The notes under the pieces were generated by a model, which was given only the letters and a program-made list of their open reading frames with translations, was not told the DNA's origin and did not search any database. Shown piece after piece: positions 1 through 10,734 of a stretch of DNA of 35,611 bases. The first letter of the stretch is position 1. Every line of letters begins with the position of its first letter. The DNA comes from a virus (lineage: Duplodnaviria; Heunggongvirae; Uroviricota; Caudoviricetes): the IMG/VR virus record IMGVR_UViG_3300037067_014938, positions 81,435 through 117,045 of that record. One strand, given 5' to 3'. Position numbers and translations under genes: made by a program.

Positions 1-51
1 GGCACATCCACGCAGACTGTCAACTGATAATCAGAACCAAAAATAAGGCCG

Positions 52-79
52 AAAAGTTCCAAGTCCGGGGAACTTTTTT
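52..79 (+). terminator. Intrinsic terminator-like hairpin upstream of the recombinase
   Basis: AAAAGTTCC (52-60), 8-nt loop, GGAACTTTT (69-77), running into a T-rich tract (TTTTTTATGTTTT). Confidence 0.6.
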
Positions 80-139
80 ATGTTTTCCTCAGTTTCAACC
101 AGTGTGAGAAGGGATATTATCAAACTATTGGAGGAAAAT

Positions 140-1000
140 ATGGGCATCATTGAAAACTTTGGCAACCACTTAAAAGAGTTAGGATTCAGTCCACACACAA
201 TTCGTAATTATACAAGTGATGTACAAAAAGCTATTGATGAAGAAATTATAGATATTTATTTCTCAGATATACATGTAGAGAATATAGTCTCATTAGAAAT
301 ATCTAAATCTTCAAAACATAGATTATTAGCAAGTATAAAAAAATACGCCGAATTCTTAGTACAATCCGGCATACTTTCAAACATTCCACCAATCATAAGT
401 ACCTTATCCTTACCTAAGATATCCCAAACGATACCAAGAGTTACTTCACCAGACCAAGTATATAAACTAATTGATTCTACACAAAACCTACAAGCTAAAT
501 TAATTCTTACATTACTAGTTTCAACAGGATGCAGAGTTTCATCTCTCGTTAATATTCAAATTGAAGATATTAACTTTGAGAAAAAAATTATTATGTTCCA
601 AGTAGCCAAAGGAAATAAGCCCTATCTTACCATTCTTTCTGAACAAGCTGAACGGTTAATTCGAGAATCTATTGGAAAGAGAGTTTCTGGCTATCTATTC
701 CCTAAACCAGATGGAACTCATTTATCTGAAAGTGCAATCCGAATGATCCTTCAAAAGGAGTTAAAAGAAAATTATATAAACCCACATTCAATAAGATATG
801 GAATATGTACTTCGTTAATTTCTCAAGGCATTGATATTTATACTCTATCTTTATACATGAACCATAGTTCCGTTAAGGTTACAGAGAGGTATATAAGATT
901 ATCCCCTGAGTCTATTTCAGAAAAATTTGATAGCATTAGGTCATCCTGTTCAATAAATCCTCAAGACCAAGATTTGAAGATGTGCACGTCAGATAAGTAG
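140..1000 (+). CDS. Tyrosine recombinase, XerC/XerD-like (integrase family)
   Basis: N-terminal SAM-like segment (FSPHTIRNY) and catalytic motifs TGCRVSSL (R), AKGNK (K), HSIR (H-x-x-R), MNHSSVKVTERY (H...Y). Start moved from the track's 80 to ATG 140 because GGAGG (130-134) precedes it and ATG 80 abuts the terminator. Confidence 0.9.
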   Translation: MGIIENFGNHLKELGFSPHTIRNYTSDVQKAIDEEIIDIYFSDIHVENIVSLEISKSSKHRLLASIKKYAEFLVQSGILSNIPPIISTLSLPKISQTIPRVTSPDQVYKLIDSTQNLQAKLILTLLVSTGCRVSSLVNIQIEDINFEKKIIMFQVAKGNKPYLTILSEQAERLIRESIGKRVSGYLFPKPDGTHLSESAIRMILQKELKENYINPHSIRYGICTSLISQGIDIYTLSLYMNHSSVKVTERYIRLSPESISEKFDSIRSSCSINPQDQDLKMCTSDK

Positions 1001-4000
1001 CTCGACCACCAATAGAAACTCCTTTAGAATCTTCCCCAACTGTTGCTGGGATATAATGTACGACATCTCCAGCATGTGACCTTGTAACTCTGTGAAGCCG
1101 TTGGCCAGTCCAATAAAAAGATCGTTCTGGATGAATATACTTTGTAGTTAAAACTAAGTCTTGGTCTCCACCAACTAATACAGTTCCAGATGTGTTTATA
1201 ACTTTATAATATACGTATGAATCCCATGGATATGAATTAGTCACAATAAATCTACCAAGAGTAGAATATGCAACGGCAACGTTATTAGGAATTTTTGTGG
1301 CATCTCCAAATGTGTCTTTATAACGTTCGTTGTATCCACCATAAGTTTCAATAGCAATGGTTGGAACAACAACTGCAAAAGATGTATTGTATCCAGTCAT
1401 ATAGATATAGTCTTCTGCAACACTTGGTGAAGTATCTTTTGTATAAAATAAAAATATAGTTCCACCTGGGGTTATATCAAAACTATTATCATACATAGCA
1501 AAGCTAGTTAAACGACGACAAGTCTTTGATATAACTGTTCCACCCATAGTTAATTTTGTCATTCGTAAATTACGGGCTATTCCATAATTATAGTCATAGG
1601 CTACACCAATTACGTAATAATTTCCATTGTAGTATTTTATTTCACAATCTTCTGTATTAGACTTGGTTGCTATAATTTGAGGGGACGACCATAAGGCATG
1701 TGCTCCCGATAAGACTTGATCATATGTTCTAACGCTGTACAGTGTAGCATATGTTTGTCCACCGTTTACTAATAATATCGTCGTATCTGAACCACCATCC
1801 CAGTCTGTTTTCCTGCAAATTAATGGACGTTGTGTAGTTCTGGTAACTACAGAATCTACTTTATCTGAGAAAAGTTGACTAAAACTATGGCCGGTATTTC
1901 CAGCTACAATGTAGCTTGTTTCCCCGCGTTTTCCTATTCCGGCAAAAATATAATCTCCTAAACCGGCTAAGTCTTTTGCTAAACAAAAGTGCAAATCTCC
2001 ATAGATAGTAGCACAAGTAGGGGAAAAATCTGGAGAAATTTTTGTTGATACTCTATCTTTAAGATAAATAACCGCATTTGCTAATTTTAATTCGTTAGTA
2101 GTAATAGTATCAGACTTTATAATACTGGCAGCTACACTATTAACTGTCATATGCTGTGCTTCAATACTCTCTGCTTGTATATGCCCAGCATTTATTGAAT
2201 CTGCCTCAATCATATGTCCACGAATTAAATTTCCTTGTAAATAGTCTGCCGTAACAGATTTAGTATCATAATAATCAGTAGGTGGTAAAGAATCCTTTTC
2301 CTCTAACTGTATATCATCAAAATACACATCACCCGTTATAATACCCCCTATATCAATACTAAAATGAGTAACACTAGCCTGCGTAACATAGATAGTTCCT
2401 GTTTGTCTGGTCCAAGTATCAATTGAAGAAGTTATACTATTTATTCTAATAAGTTTAGTTTTAACCAGCACATTATTTTTATCTCGTTCAGTTAAAAAAA
2501 CACCAGCAACTGAATTCATATCATTTAGTCGAGAATAAAAGCTATAAACATAAGTACGTGTACGCCCAAGAAATGGAAGTATATTTATGCTGTTTTGAAT
2601 CAGCCTATTTGTAGTTGATCCTCTCATATATAAACATGTGTTTCCTGTTTTACTTATTGAAGCTACAACATTCCAACTTCTCCCAGCATATTCAGTTTTA
2701 ACTCCAGTATTAGAATAACCAAATGTATCCCAATCCATTGGCTTTAATGTTCCAGTTGTTAATTTTTCCACCCTTTCAAAACTTGAATTATTCAACATAT
2801 TTCTAAAAGAATCACGATAATTTTGTTTTGCTTTTAAAAATTTCTTACCTGAATAATTTGAAATATTCCCTGCTTTGTCTTTATACTTTATTTTATAGAT
2901 GTAGTTATTCCAGGGTAGCACATCTGTGTCTGTATACTCCTCAATATTGCTGTTGAATTCGTACAATGTTGAAAAAACTGGTGTTCTAACGATATAGGTT
3001 TCTCCAACCAAAATATAATCGGATATTTGTGGGTTTAATATTTGACATTTAACTTTTAAATAAAACGTGGCCGGTGATATAGGGGATATACCCGCAGTAT
3101 AATAATCAAAGATAGGATCTTCAGATCTATGACTAACCACTTGTGAAGAAACTACACTTCCAGTATCTGCATCTACAACCATTAAAGATATCGTTGCTGT
3201 ATTTTTTAACGACGGTATAGATACATAGGAAATACAGTTTAATACTTCCGCTCCAGTTATATGCATATTACTTGTTCTAATTGACGCAGTTATTGCACCA
3301 CCAACAGTAAGTACTTTAATCCTTGCTTGGGTATTTCCATATAATTTTTCAGAGTCATTATTAACCATAGTTAAAGTAGCACCTGCACCACTAACACCAG
3401 ATTGACTAAAAGTATATCCTAAAAATCCTAAGTCAAACCCCGGATTCGATGTAATATGTTCAGTATCTACTATAGCCCGTACTAAATACCCCTTATCCAA
3501 TCCACTCGTTGCATCAGAAAATTTTGATGCATTCCATTTTAAATAATTATAACCAGCATAACTATTTGAATCCGAAGACCAAAATCCATCATTTGATGAG
3601 ATAGATGGAGCAACATTATCATACTGAATTGCTATAGGTCCAAGTGCTGGGCCTATATTGTTATAGGAATCATACACTCTATAATAATATTCAAGTCTTG
3701 CAGAACTACATATAGTCGTTGCATTTAGTAATCCAGTTCCTAAACCAAACCAATTATATGAAACACCCGTTATTAAATTAGTAAATCTGAAATATGTATA
3801 ATTAATTACTGATTTTCCTCCATATCTAATAGATGCTATTATACCTAGAGAATCATTATACCAACCATTTTCATTTGGAGATATCGGAACTCCAGAACCA
3901 TTCTTTATTATATGTGTTAAACTTAAATCAACTAATTGGGGCAATGGAGTACAGGTTTTGGATTCTGATGCAGAGGCATTTCCATAAGAATCTACCGCAC

Positions 4001-6380
4001 GAATATATCTTGTATATAAAAATGTACCCGTTGTCAATTCACTATATGTATACTGTTTATTTGTAGCCACTGTTATCTGAGTTTTTAAACTAGCAAAAGT
4101 GCTTTTCGAAGATATTTGAACATACTTTAAATCTGAAGCAGTTGGAGTTACAAATGAATGTAATATACCCCCGGATAATGCAGTCAAGGCATATGATGTA
4201 ATTTTTTTAGGTGCTGTTGTATCTCCAGTGGTAATAGATACACCATAAGTTTTATTTGATCTGTTTTTTAAATAAGAATTATCATATAAATCAACAAAAT
4301 AAGTATACGTCGTTTTATCTTCAACATTTGTATCATATAGATTAACAATAGCACCATCTTCAGATTGTCTATTACGATCATACAAATGAACAATATTACC
4401 CATATATAACAATGTGTTTGTATCCACTGTACCAACAGTACCCATTCTATATAAAGAATATGGGGTCGCAAATATGCTGGTTTGTAAATTTGAAATTAAT
4501 GAACCCGCGACAAACAAATGAATTTTTCTGGATATTTGAATAACCGTTGAGACATCATTTATACTACCAATGTATCCTAATTTATAATAAGCACAATCAG
4601 ATGGGAATCTAAATCTATTATTTTGTATTGTCCCTGAAGCTAATGTTGTCCCTATAGGAACAATAAGTGAGTTTAATCCTTCAACTAAATTTTTTAACTG
4701 TATTGTAGCACAAGGGATACTACATGCATTATGAGAACTATCAAAATATGATACTTTAAATAGTTCTGTATATGACGTTTTATTAGAATAGGCATTGATT
4801 AGAGAAAATTCGGATATGTGCAATGTAGGTGATGAATAGCCCGATATGGTAGCTGGCACATTAATCTGAATGTACAAGGAACCAGTTATACTTGGAGTAA
4901 ATGAAAAACTATTATGAATATAACCCGCATCAGCATACATAGTTGGAGAATTCCATACAGTAGGATGTCCGGAAGTAGACTTTCGAATTGTAACTGAAAA
5001 CTCAGATAATTTAGGAGACGAGGCTAAACACGCTAATCTCATTGTTGCATAAGTTGACCCATGAAAAACTAATTTTTTATTATTAGAATAAACAATACCA
5101 CTTGTATTTCCTCTTATAATTTTTAAAACTGGCAATTGATCTATTGTAGCTGATGCTAAACTTGTTACTCCACCTGAAAAATTCCATCTACTTGGATTAG
5201 ATTTATAACCAGCTAAATTATATTTTATGCCTGATAGTAAATTCACTTCATGTGTTAAACCAACATAATGCATCCTATCATTATTGTTAACTATATAGTC
5301 CGTTGTTAACGATACTTTTGCTTTAGTGGCAATTATACTCAGATCAAAATGATTCTTCCCATATATAGAAGAAACATCAGATTTTATACTTCCAATCTTG
5401 GTTGCTTTAGTATATACATGGGAGTAATGAGTAAAACTTTCATTAAAAATAGGGTCAGATACGTAATTTTTAGGCAAAGAAATTAATTTAGTTAGATTAT
5501 GAAGCGTACCGGATACACTAAAAGCAATTTTATCACCTAAATTTAAAGTTCCATTTTCTGAAATTGTAATCCATTTATTTTTTTCGTTAAACAATGAAGA
5601 AGATAAAGTCCCGGATATCGGTTGAGAAGTTAGAACTCCACTCGATATATTTTGTTGTCTGTATAAACCATAACCACCCACGTTAGATGTCGTTTCTTTC
5701 TTTATTCTTATTGTATTTCTTCCAATAGCAGAATTTTGATTTATAACTTCATACATAACAGGTGAAGAAGCAAATGTAGGCACATTAAGGGTGGCAATTT
5801 CAAATGATCTATAAGCTATGGCTGCTTCATTATAATTAGTTCCAGCAACAACACAAATTGAGTTATCAACCATGCTATAAAATGTTATAATTACCGTTGT
5901 CCACTCATTTGCTGATAATGGGACTTCAATAGTTGTTCTATTTCCATTCAATGAAGAGTATATTTTTTTATACAAAGTTTCAGATTCCAATTTAACATAA
6001 ATTTCAAATATCCCACCCGATATAAAATTATTCAACTTTAATACAGATTGATTCCTTGTATAAAATTGAATTCCTGCTAAAATATTATCATGACTAAACA
6101 AACTTCTTTTATCTATACTTCTTTCTTGAGTCCATGTCACCCCATTAGTATGACTCATAAATTCTTCTGGAGTTACCCCACTAAAAACAGCATCGTCAGT
6201 ACGTTGTAAATTATAATTACCTATCGTCCATACTGGAATAAATTCTACTGGGTTAGGAATTTCTGTACGCTGGGATGGTGGTCCTAAAACTATAGTTTTA
6301 GATTTTGTTAAATCAACATTTAAATGTTGTCTAGTTTGAACAGAAATTTGTCGTTTAATTATATCATATATATTTGGCAT
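936..6380 (-). CDS. Large tail-tip/central fibre (host specificity) protein with FN3/Ig-like and carbohydrate-binding-like domains
   Basis: Last gene of the tail operon. FN3-like motifs (YTRYIRAVDSYGN, YIYKIKYKDKAGNIS), CBM-like starts (NPGFD, NSSFE) and the IxAxxI repeat VTADYL...IEADSINAGHIQAESIEA typical of tail-tip proteins. Start probably ATG 6380 (GGAG upstream, just after the previous stop) rather than 6407. Confidence 0.75.
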   Translation of the reverse strand: MPNIYDIIKRQISVQTRQHLNVDLTKSKTIVLGPPSQRTEIPNPVEFIPVWTIGNYNLQRTDDAVFSGVTPEEFMSHTNGVTWTQERSIDKRSLFSHDNILAGIQFYTRNQSVLKLNNFISGGIFEIYVKLESETLYKKIYSSLNGNRTTIEVPLSANEWTTVIITFYSMVDNSICVVAGTNYNEAAIAYRSFEIATLNVPTFASSPVMYEVINQNSAIGRNTIRIKKETTSNVGGYGLYRQQNISSGVLTSQPISGTLSSSLFNEKNKWITISENGTLNLGDKIAFSVSGTLHNLTKLISLPKNYVSDPIFNESFTHYSHVYTKATKIGSIKSDVSSIYGKNHFDLSIIATKAKVSLTTDYIVNNNDRMHYVGLTHEVNLLSGIKYNLAGYKSNPSRWNFSGGVTSLASATIDQLPVLKIIRGNTSGIVYSNNKKLVFHGSTYATMRLACLASSPKLSEFSVTIRKSTSGHPTVWNSPTMYADAGYIHNSFSFTPSITGSLYIQINVPATISGYSSPTLHISEFSLINAYSNKTSYTELFKVSYFDSSHNACSIPCATIQLKNLVEGLNSLIVPIGTTLASGTIQNNRFRFPSDCAYYKLGYIGSINDVSTVIQISRKIHLFVAGSLISNLQTSIFATPYSLYRMGTVGTVDTNTLLYMGNIVHLYDRNRQSEDGAIVNLYDTNVEDKTTYTYFVDLYDNSYLKNRSNKTYGVSITTGDTTAPKKITSYALTALSGGILHSFVTPTASDLKYVQISSKSTFASLKTQITVATNKQYTYSELTTGTFLYTRYIRAVDSYGNASASESKTCTPLPQLVDLSLTHIIKNGSGVPISPNENGWYNDSLGIIASIRYGGKSVINYTYFRFTNLITGVSYNWFGLGTGLLNATTICSSARLEYYYRVYDSYNNIGPALGPIAIQYDNVAPSISSNDGFWSSDSNSYAGYNYLKWNASKFSDATSGLDKGYLVRAIVDTEHITSNPGFDLGFLGYTFSQSGVSGAGATLTMVNNDSEKLYGNTQARIKVLTVGGAITASIRTSNMHITGAEVLNCISYVSIPSLKNTATISLMVVDADTGSVVSSQVVSHRSEDPIFDYYTAGISPISPATFYLKVKCQILNPQISDYILVGETYIVRTPVFSTLYEFNSNIEEYTDTDVLPWNNYIYKIKYKDKAGNISNYSGKKFLKAKQNYRDSFRNMLNNSSFERVEKLTTGTLKPMDWDTFGYSNTGVKTEYAGRSWNVVASISKTGNTCLYMRGSTTNRLIQNSINILPFLGRTRTYVYSFYSRLNDMNSVAGVFLTERDKNNVLVKTKLIRINSITSSIDTWTRQTGTIYVTQASVTHFSIDIGGIITGDVYFDDIQLEEKDSLPPTDYYDTKSVTADYLQGNLIRGHMIEADSINAGHIQAESIEAQHMTVNSVAASIIKSDTITTNELKLANAVIYLKDRVSTKISPDFSPTCATIYGDLHFCLAKDLAGLGDYIFAGIGKRGETSYIVAGNTGHSFSQLFSDKVDSVVTRTTQRPLICRKTDWDGGSDTTILLVNGGQTYATLYSVRTYDQVLSGAHALWSSPQIIATKSNTEDCEIKYYNGNYYVIGVAYDYNYGIARNLRMTKLTMGGTVISKTCRRLTSFAMYDNSFDITPGGTIFLFYTKDTSPSVAEDYIYMTGYNTSFAVVVPTIAIETYGGYNERYKDTFGDATKIPNNVAVAYSTLGRFIVTNSYPWDSYVYYKVINTSGTVLVGGDQDLVLTTKYIHPERSFYWTGQRLHRVTRSHAGDVVHYIPATVGEDSKGVSIGGRATYLTCTSSNLGLEDLLNRMT

Positions 6381-6381
6381 A

Positions 6382-9300
6382 TTATTCTCCACCCATTCCA
6401 GTTCCATCTGCCCATTCTACAACACCTATTACAATATTTTTTTGTACACCATTTTTTAATGAGTCCGGGTCAATGTTAGCATCTGTAGCAACATGATAAA
6501 GTAACGGAGGATAAATATCATACCCGCGTAATTCAGGAAACCAGATGTATGGTCCAGTATTATCATTTGCATATTTAAATTGTATTGCTTCAAATACTGT
6601 ATTATTTAAAGGATTTCTTAATAAATTAGCTGTTGAAGTTCCCCAAGGATTATACCTTGATGGAGAAATATACCATATACTTTTACCAATAATACTTTTC
6701 TGTCCTGCAAAATCTGTTGCAATTATTTTTATGACATGCAAATGAGCATAAGCAACCTTATATGACTTAACGTTACCAGTATTTTGACCCAATATATTGT
6801 AAGTTTTAACCCCGTTAATTGTTGTCATTTCACTATCCGGAATCCATGAAATTGCCGGAGCTTTTAAATAAATAGTATCATATTCATTGGACCCTTTTAT
6901 TGAATTAAAAAATCCATTTCCTTCTGTTACATCCTCTTTATAGCTAGCTATTTGTTCTACCATTGCCTTTACTACACGCGGACTTGATAACGTATCATAT
7001 ATATGCAATCTAAGTACATAAATATATCGTTTGATATCTAAATTTACTATTCTGGAAATATTATAATGACCCTTTAAACTTATTCGTAATCCCTTCCCAT
7101 CATTTTCCTGACCAGTATAAAAGTCACAATAATGTTCATTGTAACCATTAGTAGGATTATACAAATCAGTTAATAAATGTCTTCCAGCTGCTTCCCAATT
7201 AACCGTCATCAAATCATATTTTGTATTTTCAAAGCCTTTATAGGTTCTATATGGTATAATACTATGATTATTGTGTGGTTCAAACATAATTTTTTCATCA
7301 ATACCATTAGCTTCAGCAACACCAAATCCTCGTATTCTTATCACAGAATTTATTTGTGGTAAATTACTTACTGTAATTAATTCCTTAGAAAAAGTTTTAG
7401 TCAAATCCCTGTATTCTAATATAAAATAAAATTTGCCATATTTTTCTTTTTTAACATTATACGCATAGTACCCTCCGGTTTGTATAGTGTATATTGTATC
7501 ACCTTCCCCAGTCGATGAACCAAAATACTCTCTCCATTCATCTAGTATGCTTATTCCATTTTTTGGTAAATCTTTAACTGAATCAGTTTCATATTTAAAA
7601 AAGCCACTATTTTTTAAATTATGTGTTCCTACCTCATCTGTCATATTCCAAGTATACACATATTTACCAGTATCTAAATATTCCCATCCTGTACTATCAT
7701 CAATTATAGAAGCACTCCCTGTAAGATAAGAAACTAAAACCCCCATATGATCAACTACTTTTACCCTTATATATCCAGGAGCCATTAAGTCAAATTGCAC
7801 GGATGGAGATTGTCCAAATTCTTCTACAGCATACGGATTTATTTGCATCTCAACGGGTAATAGCTTATGTGCTGACAGAACGTTTATTGTTGCTGTCTGA
7901 TAAATCCCTCTTTTCAAATTTTGTAAATAGATAGTTGCCACCACACTAGTAATACCAGAAATTGTTCCATTTGTATAAGAATAAATAATCTTAGGAGTAG
8001 ACATTTCTCTATTTAAATATCTTATTATTTCATTATGAATTTTAATATACCCAGTAGTAGGAACCCGTTCTTCTAGTATACTTTTAGATGCACTTATTGA
8101 TAATCTTTCTAAATCATCGCCCACGTTATAAGAAATTGCTCTACTGGATGTGTATTTTATAGCGATAGTTGCCACATTTTGCGGGGCACCTAAATGATTA
8201 TTTTCAAATATTAATTGTTGTTCTGAAAGAACAGGTTTAGTATCATTCTCTATAGGCAGTCCTATATTATACAATTTAATATTATTAAATACATTATGTT
8301 CAAATCTTTTTAAACTCGCAATAGGATAATTATAAAAAGATTCCCAAGGTTTAAATGAGGATAATTTTAGTGTTGTTCTATAAACAATTCCATTTGCATC
8401 ATATGAATCAGAGATATCTTCAACCCAAAAATTATGCATAGTACCTAAAATACCAGTATTAATATCCTTTACATGCACAAAATCTCCGACACTTATCAAT
8501 GGGTTGCCTATAATATTTATTTGTGGAGTAAACGACTTTCTAGTTTCGTTATACCTAAGAGCAGTCTGTCCGGCCAACCATAAAGCATGATTCTCAGTTA
8601 CAAATTTAGGGTCTATTACTATCATTTGTAACTTACGACCAGAATAGCTACTATTAGACATAGAACCTATAGAAACACGATCTAATGCCCTTGCTAAAAT
8701 ATGTTGTTCAATTGGATTATTTATATTAGCAGTAATTGAATTTTCTTCGTCTACCGCTAGATTAGCATACTCTCCGGTTAACTTTCCTACCACGATAATA
8801 TCGTTGCGTATATTTGATATGTTAGAATTTACACTAAGACTATCAATTAATACACCATTATTTGTTAAATAATCGGAACTATAAAAAGTTTCAACTGGGT
8901 TATTGTAATCTGTATCATAAATAAAAATTCCGCCTAAAGCTAAAGTCCCGGTACTTATAAATTTTGGTGTTAAATTGATAGAATAATAACCATATTTATG
9001 GTTAAGATTTAAATTTATAATACATGGATTATACCCTAATGTATCATCAACGCCGTATTTAAAATATCTCAAATCACTTGTATTTAAACTCACATTCATA
9101 GTAACCACTGCACCAAGAGTAGGATTTGATACTTTTATATGTATTGTACCAAAAGATGGCCCTGTATGCACAATTATCGCTGCAGCAGTACCTCGCATAG
9201 TAGCCACACATTTATCCGTTAATGTTGTTGCATATTTACCCACACAAGCTATTTCAGCAAACTGAGTATACTCCGTCCAAGATCCAACAAAAGAAAGTTC

Positions 9301-10734
9301 ATCTATTCCTTTTATTTTATACGGGTTATATATAGATTCAATAAAAAAATTACCCCTATTATTGAAGCCATAATTAAGACCATAATTATCCATTAATTTC
9401 TGGACATTATCAGAAATCTGTTCTCCAATAGAGAATTGCCAGTTATATTTATCATCAGAATTACTATTTTGAAGACTGTTCCCATATTGAAAACCTTTAG
9501 GTAGTAACATTGGATATGTATTATTATGTTCACACACCAAATAAGCATTAGAGTCCACATCTGCATCTTCTGCATTTAATAGTCTTTTTTTATTGTAATA
9601 TAACTCTGGATCAATATAGGCATTAATAAGTAAATTTTCTATTACTTTGGATAACTTCCAACCATCATATGTTCGTGGTTTAGTATCACCAGCAACACCA
9701 TTTGTTGCTTGAGAATAGATATAACCAGCAGCCAAATAATCACTTTTATCCGGATAACCCTCATTCAATTTATCTGATAAAAAAGATGTCCAATCATGAC
9801 ATTCAATTTCCGCTGCAGCCCCATCACGATTCTTTGATATATTCCATCCTCTAACTTGACCAGTAAATTTTGTTATCGTTGCTATAGTACCAGAAGGATA
9901 TTTATATCCTATATGCCATTCAATTTTATTGAATTTTTTAATTTTTTTATTTGCATATGCAACATCCACTAAAGTATCATCTGCTGTATATTTATAGCCG
10001 GATGATGCGGAACTATTCACAACTGGAACTTTAAAAGTTAATTTTGCAGAAGTTTTTTTAGCCTGATCTAGCTGTATATTGCCAACATATTTTAAAATCG
10101 TCCCTTTAATCGGATTAGGTCCACTTGGATAATCATTATCATTATAAAATCTGCTGGCAGATAATACGGTAGCATCTTTCATTGTAGAATCTTTTAATAA
10201 GACTACAAATAAATTCTCATTATCTGATGCTTGATATTTACTCGTTGAAATATACCATATATCTAAATTATAATATGTATTTGCTGATAATCCAGTAGCA
10301 TGAAATGACTGATCGGCAGACTCATTCACTCCCAGTTTAATCGTTCCTGTTGTAACAGAATTTAACGTCAGCTTGGCATAGCCGTTGCCGCGAAGATAAA
10401 GAGTAGCCGTGGTTGCCTTAGCCAAAAACTTTCCATTATAGTGTATGCCAAATTGTTCTCCAACATAATAGTAAGGAGATATTTCTAGTGGCCAAGCGGT
10501 AGCAGTATACCATTTTATAAAAGGCACTGTACTAGACCATTTTTTATACAACACATCAAAAGATACGCTTAATTCATTTTTAAATGTTGGAAATACATAG
10601 AAATCTGCGTAACAACCATGTGAATTCACAGTATATGGAGTATCATATACGTATAAATTTGAAAATACCGTGATAGATTTATTTTTGTAGGGGGGAATAT
10701 TACCAGAAAAAGTAGGGAAAGCTTTAGCAATCAT
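6382..10734 (-). CDS. Tail hub/Tal-like minor tail protein with PA14-like N-terminal region and FlgD-type Ig domain
   Basis: Second gene after the tape measure. Hub-like motifs (FTGQVRGWNI...IECHDWTSFL; IIGNPLISVGDFVHVKD). FlgD-Ig-like stretch VQFDL...IRVKVVDHMGVLVSYL...GKYVYTWNMTDEVG. Confidence 0.65.
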   Translation of the reverse strand: MIAKAFPTFSGNIPPYKNKSITVFSNLYVYDTPYTVNSHGCYADFYVFPTFKNELSVSFDVLYKKWSSTVPFIKWYTATAWPLEISPYYYVGEQFGIHYNGKFLAKATTATLYLRGNGYAKLTLNSVTTGTIKLGVNESADQSFHATGLSANTYYNLDIWYISTSKYQASDNENLFVVLLKDSTMKDATVLSASRFYNDNDYPSGPNPIKGTILKYVGNIQLDQAKKTSAKLTFKVPVVNSSASSGYKYTADDTLVDVAYANKKIKKFNKIEWHIGYKYPSGTIATITKFTGQVRGWNISKNRDGAAAEIECHDWTSFLSDKLNEGYPDKSDYLAAGYIYSQATNGVAGDTKPRTYDGWKLSKVIENLLINAYIDPELYYNKKRLLNAEDADVDSNAYLVCEHNNTYPMLLPKGFQYGNSLQNSNSDDKYNWQFSIGEQISDNVQKLMDNYGLNYGFNNRGNFFIESIYNPYKIKGIDELSFVGSWTEYTQFAEIACVGKYATTLTDKCVATMRGTAAAIIVHTGPSFGTIHIKVSNPTLGAVVTMNVSLNTSDLRYFKYGVDDTLGYNPCIINLNLNHKYGYYSINLTPKFISTGTLALGGIFIYDTDYNNPVETFYSSDYLTNNGVLIDSLSVNSNISNIRNDIIVVGKLTGEYANLAVDEENSITANINNPIEQHILARALDRVSIGSMSNSSYSGRKLQMIVIDPKFVTENHALWLAGQTALRYNETRKSFTPQINIIGNPLISVGDFVHVKDINTGILGTMHNFWVEDISDSYDANGIVYRTTLKLSSFKPWESFYNYPIASLKRFEHNVFNNIKLYNIGLPIENDTKPVLSEQQLIFENNHLGAPQNVATIAIKYTSSRAISYNVGDDLERLSISASKSILEERVPTTGYIKIHNEIIRYLNREMSTPKIIYSYTNGTISGITSVVATIYLQNLKRGIYQTATINVLSAHKLLPVEMQINPYAVEEFGQSPSVQFDLMAPGYIRVKVVDHMGVLVSYLTGSASIIDDSTGWEYLDTGKYVYTWNMTDEVGTHNLKNSGFFKYETDSVKDLPKNGISILDEWREYFGSSTGEGDTIYTIQTGGYYAYNVKKEKYGKFYFILEYRDLTKTFSKELITVSNLPQINSVIRIRGFGVAEANGIDEKIMFEPHNNHSIIPYRTYKGFENTKYDLMTVNWEAAGRHLLTDLYNPTNGYNEHYCDFYTGQENDGKGLRISLKGHYNISRIVNLDIKRYIYVLRLHIYDTLSSPRVVKAMVEQIASYKEDVTEGNGFFNSIKGSNEYDTIYLKAPAISWIPDSEMTTINGVKTYNILGQNTGNVKSYKVAYAHLHVIKIIATDFAGQKSIIGKSIWYISPSRYNPWGTSTANLLRNPLNNTVFEAIQFKYANDNTGPYIWFPELRGYDIYPPLLYHVATDANIDPDSLKNGVQKNIVIGVVEWADGTGMGGE

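Noticed and set aside
1-60. Possible riboswitch or tRNA fragment at the left edge
   Set aside because: Only a 4-bp stem (CTGA/TCAG) and the terminator hairpin are supportable, and I could not match any family consensus.
5990-6017. dif-like site on the minus strand, GGTGGGATATT-TGAAAT-TTATGTTAAAT, with a perfect XerD arm
   Set aside because: It lies inside coding sequence (GGIFEIYVK). The left arm lacks the inner ATAA needed for dyad symmetry, and an 11-mer with 10 A/T bases is quite likely by chance in about 71 kb of AT-rich sequence (both strands).
80-6407. Shufflon or tail-fibre inversion system driven by the tyrosine recombinase
   Set aside because: The recombinase directly overlaps the tail gene end, leaving no room for alternative C-terminal cassettes. 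I saw no repeated crossover sites by eye, though an inverted-repeat search was not run.
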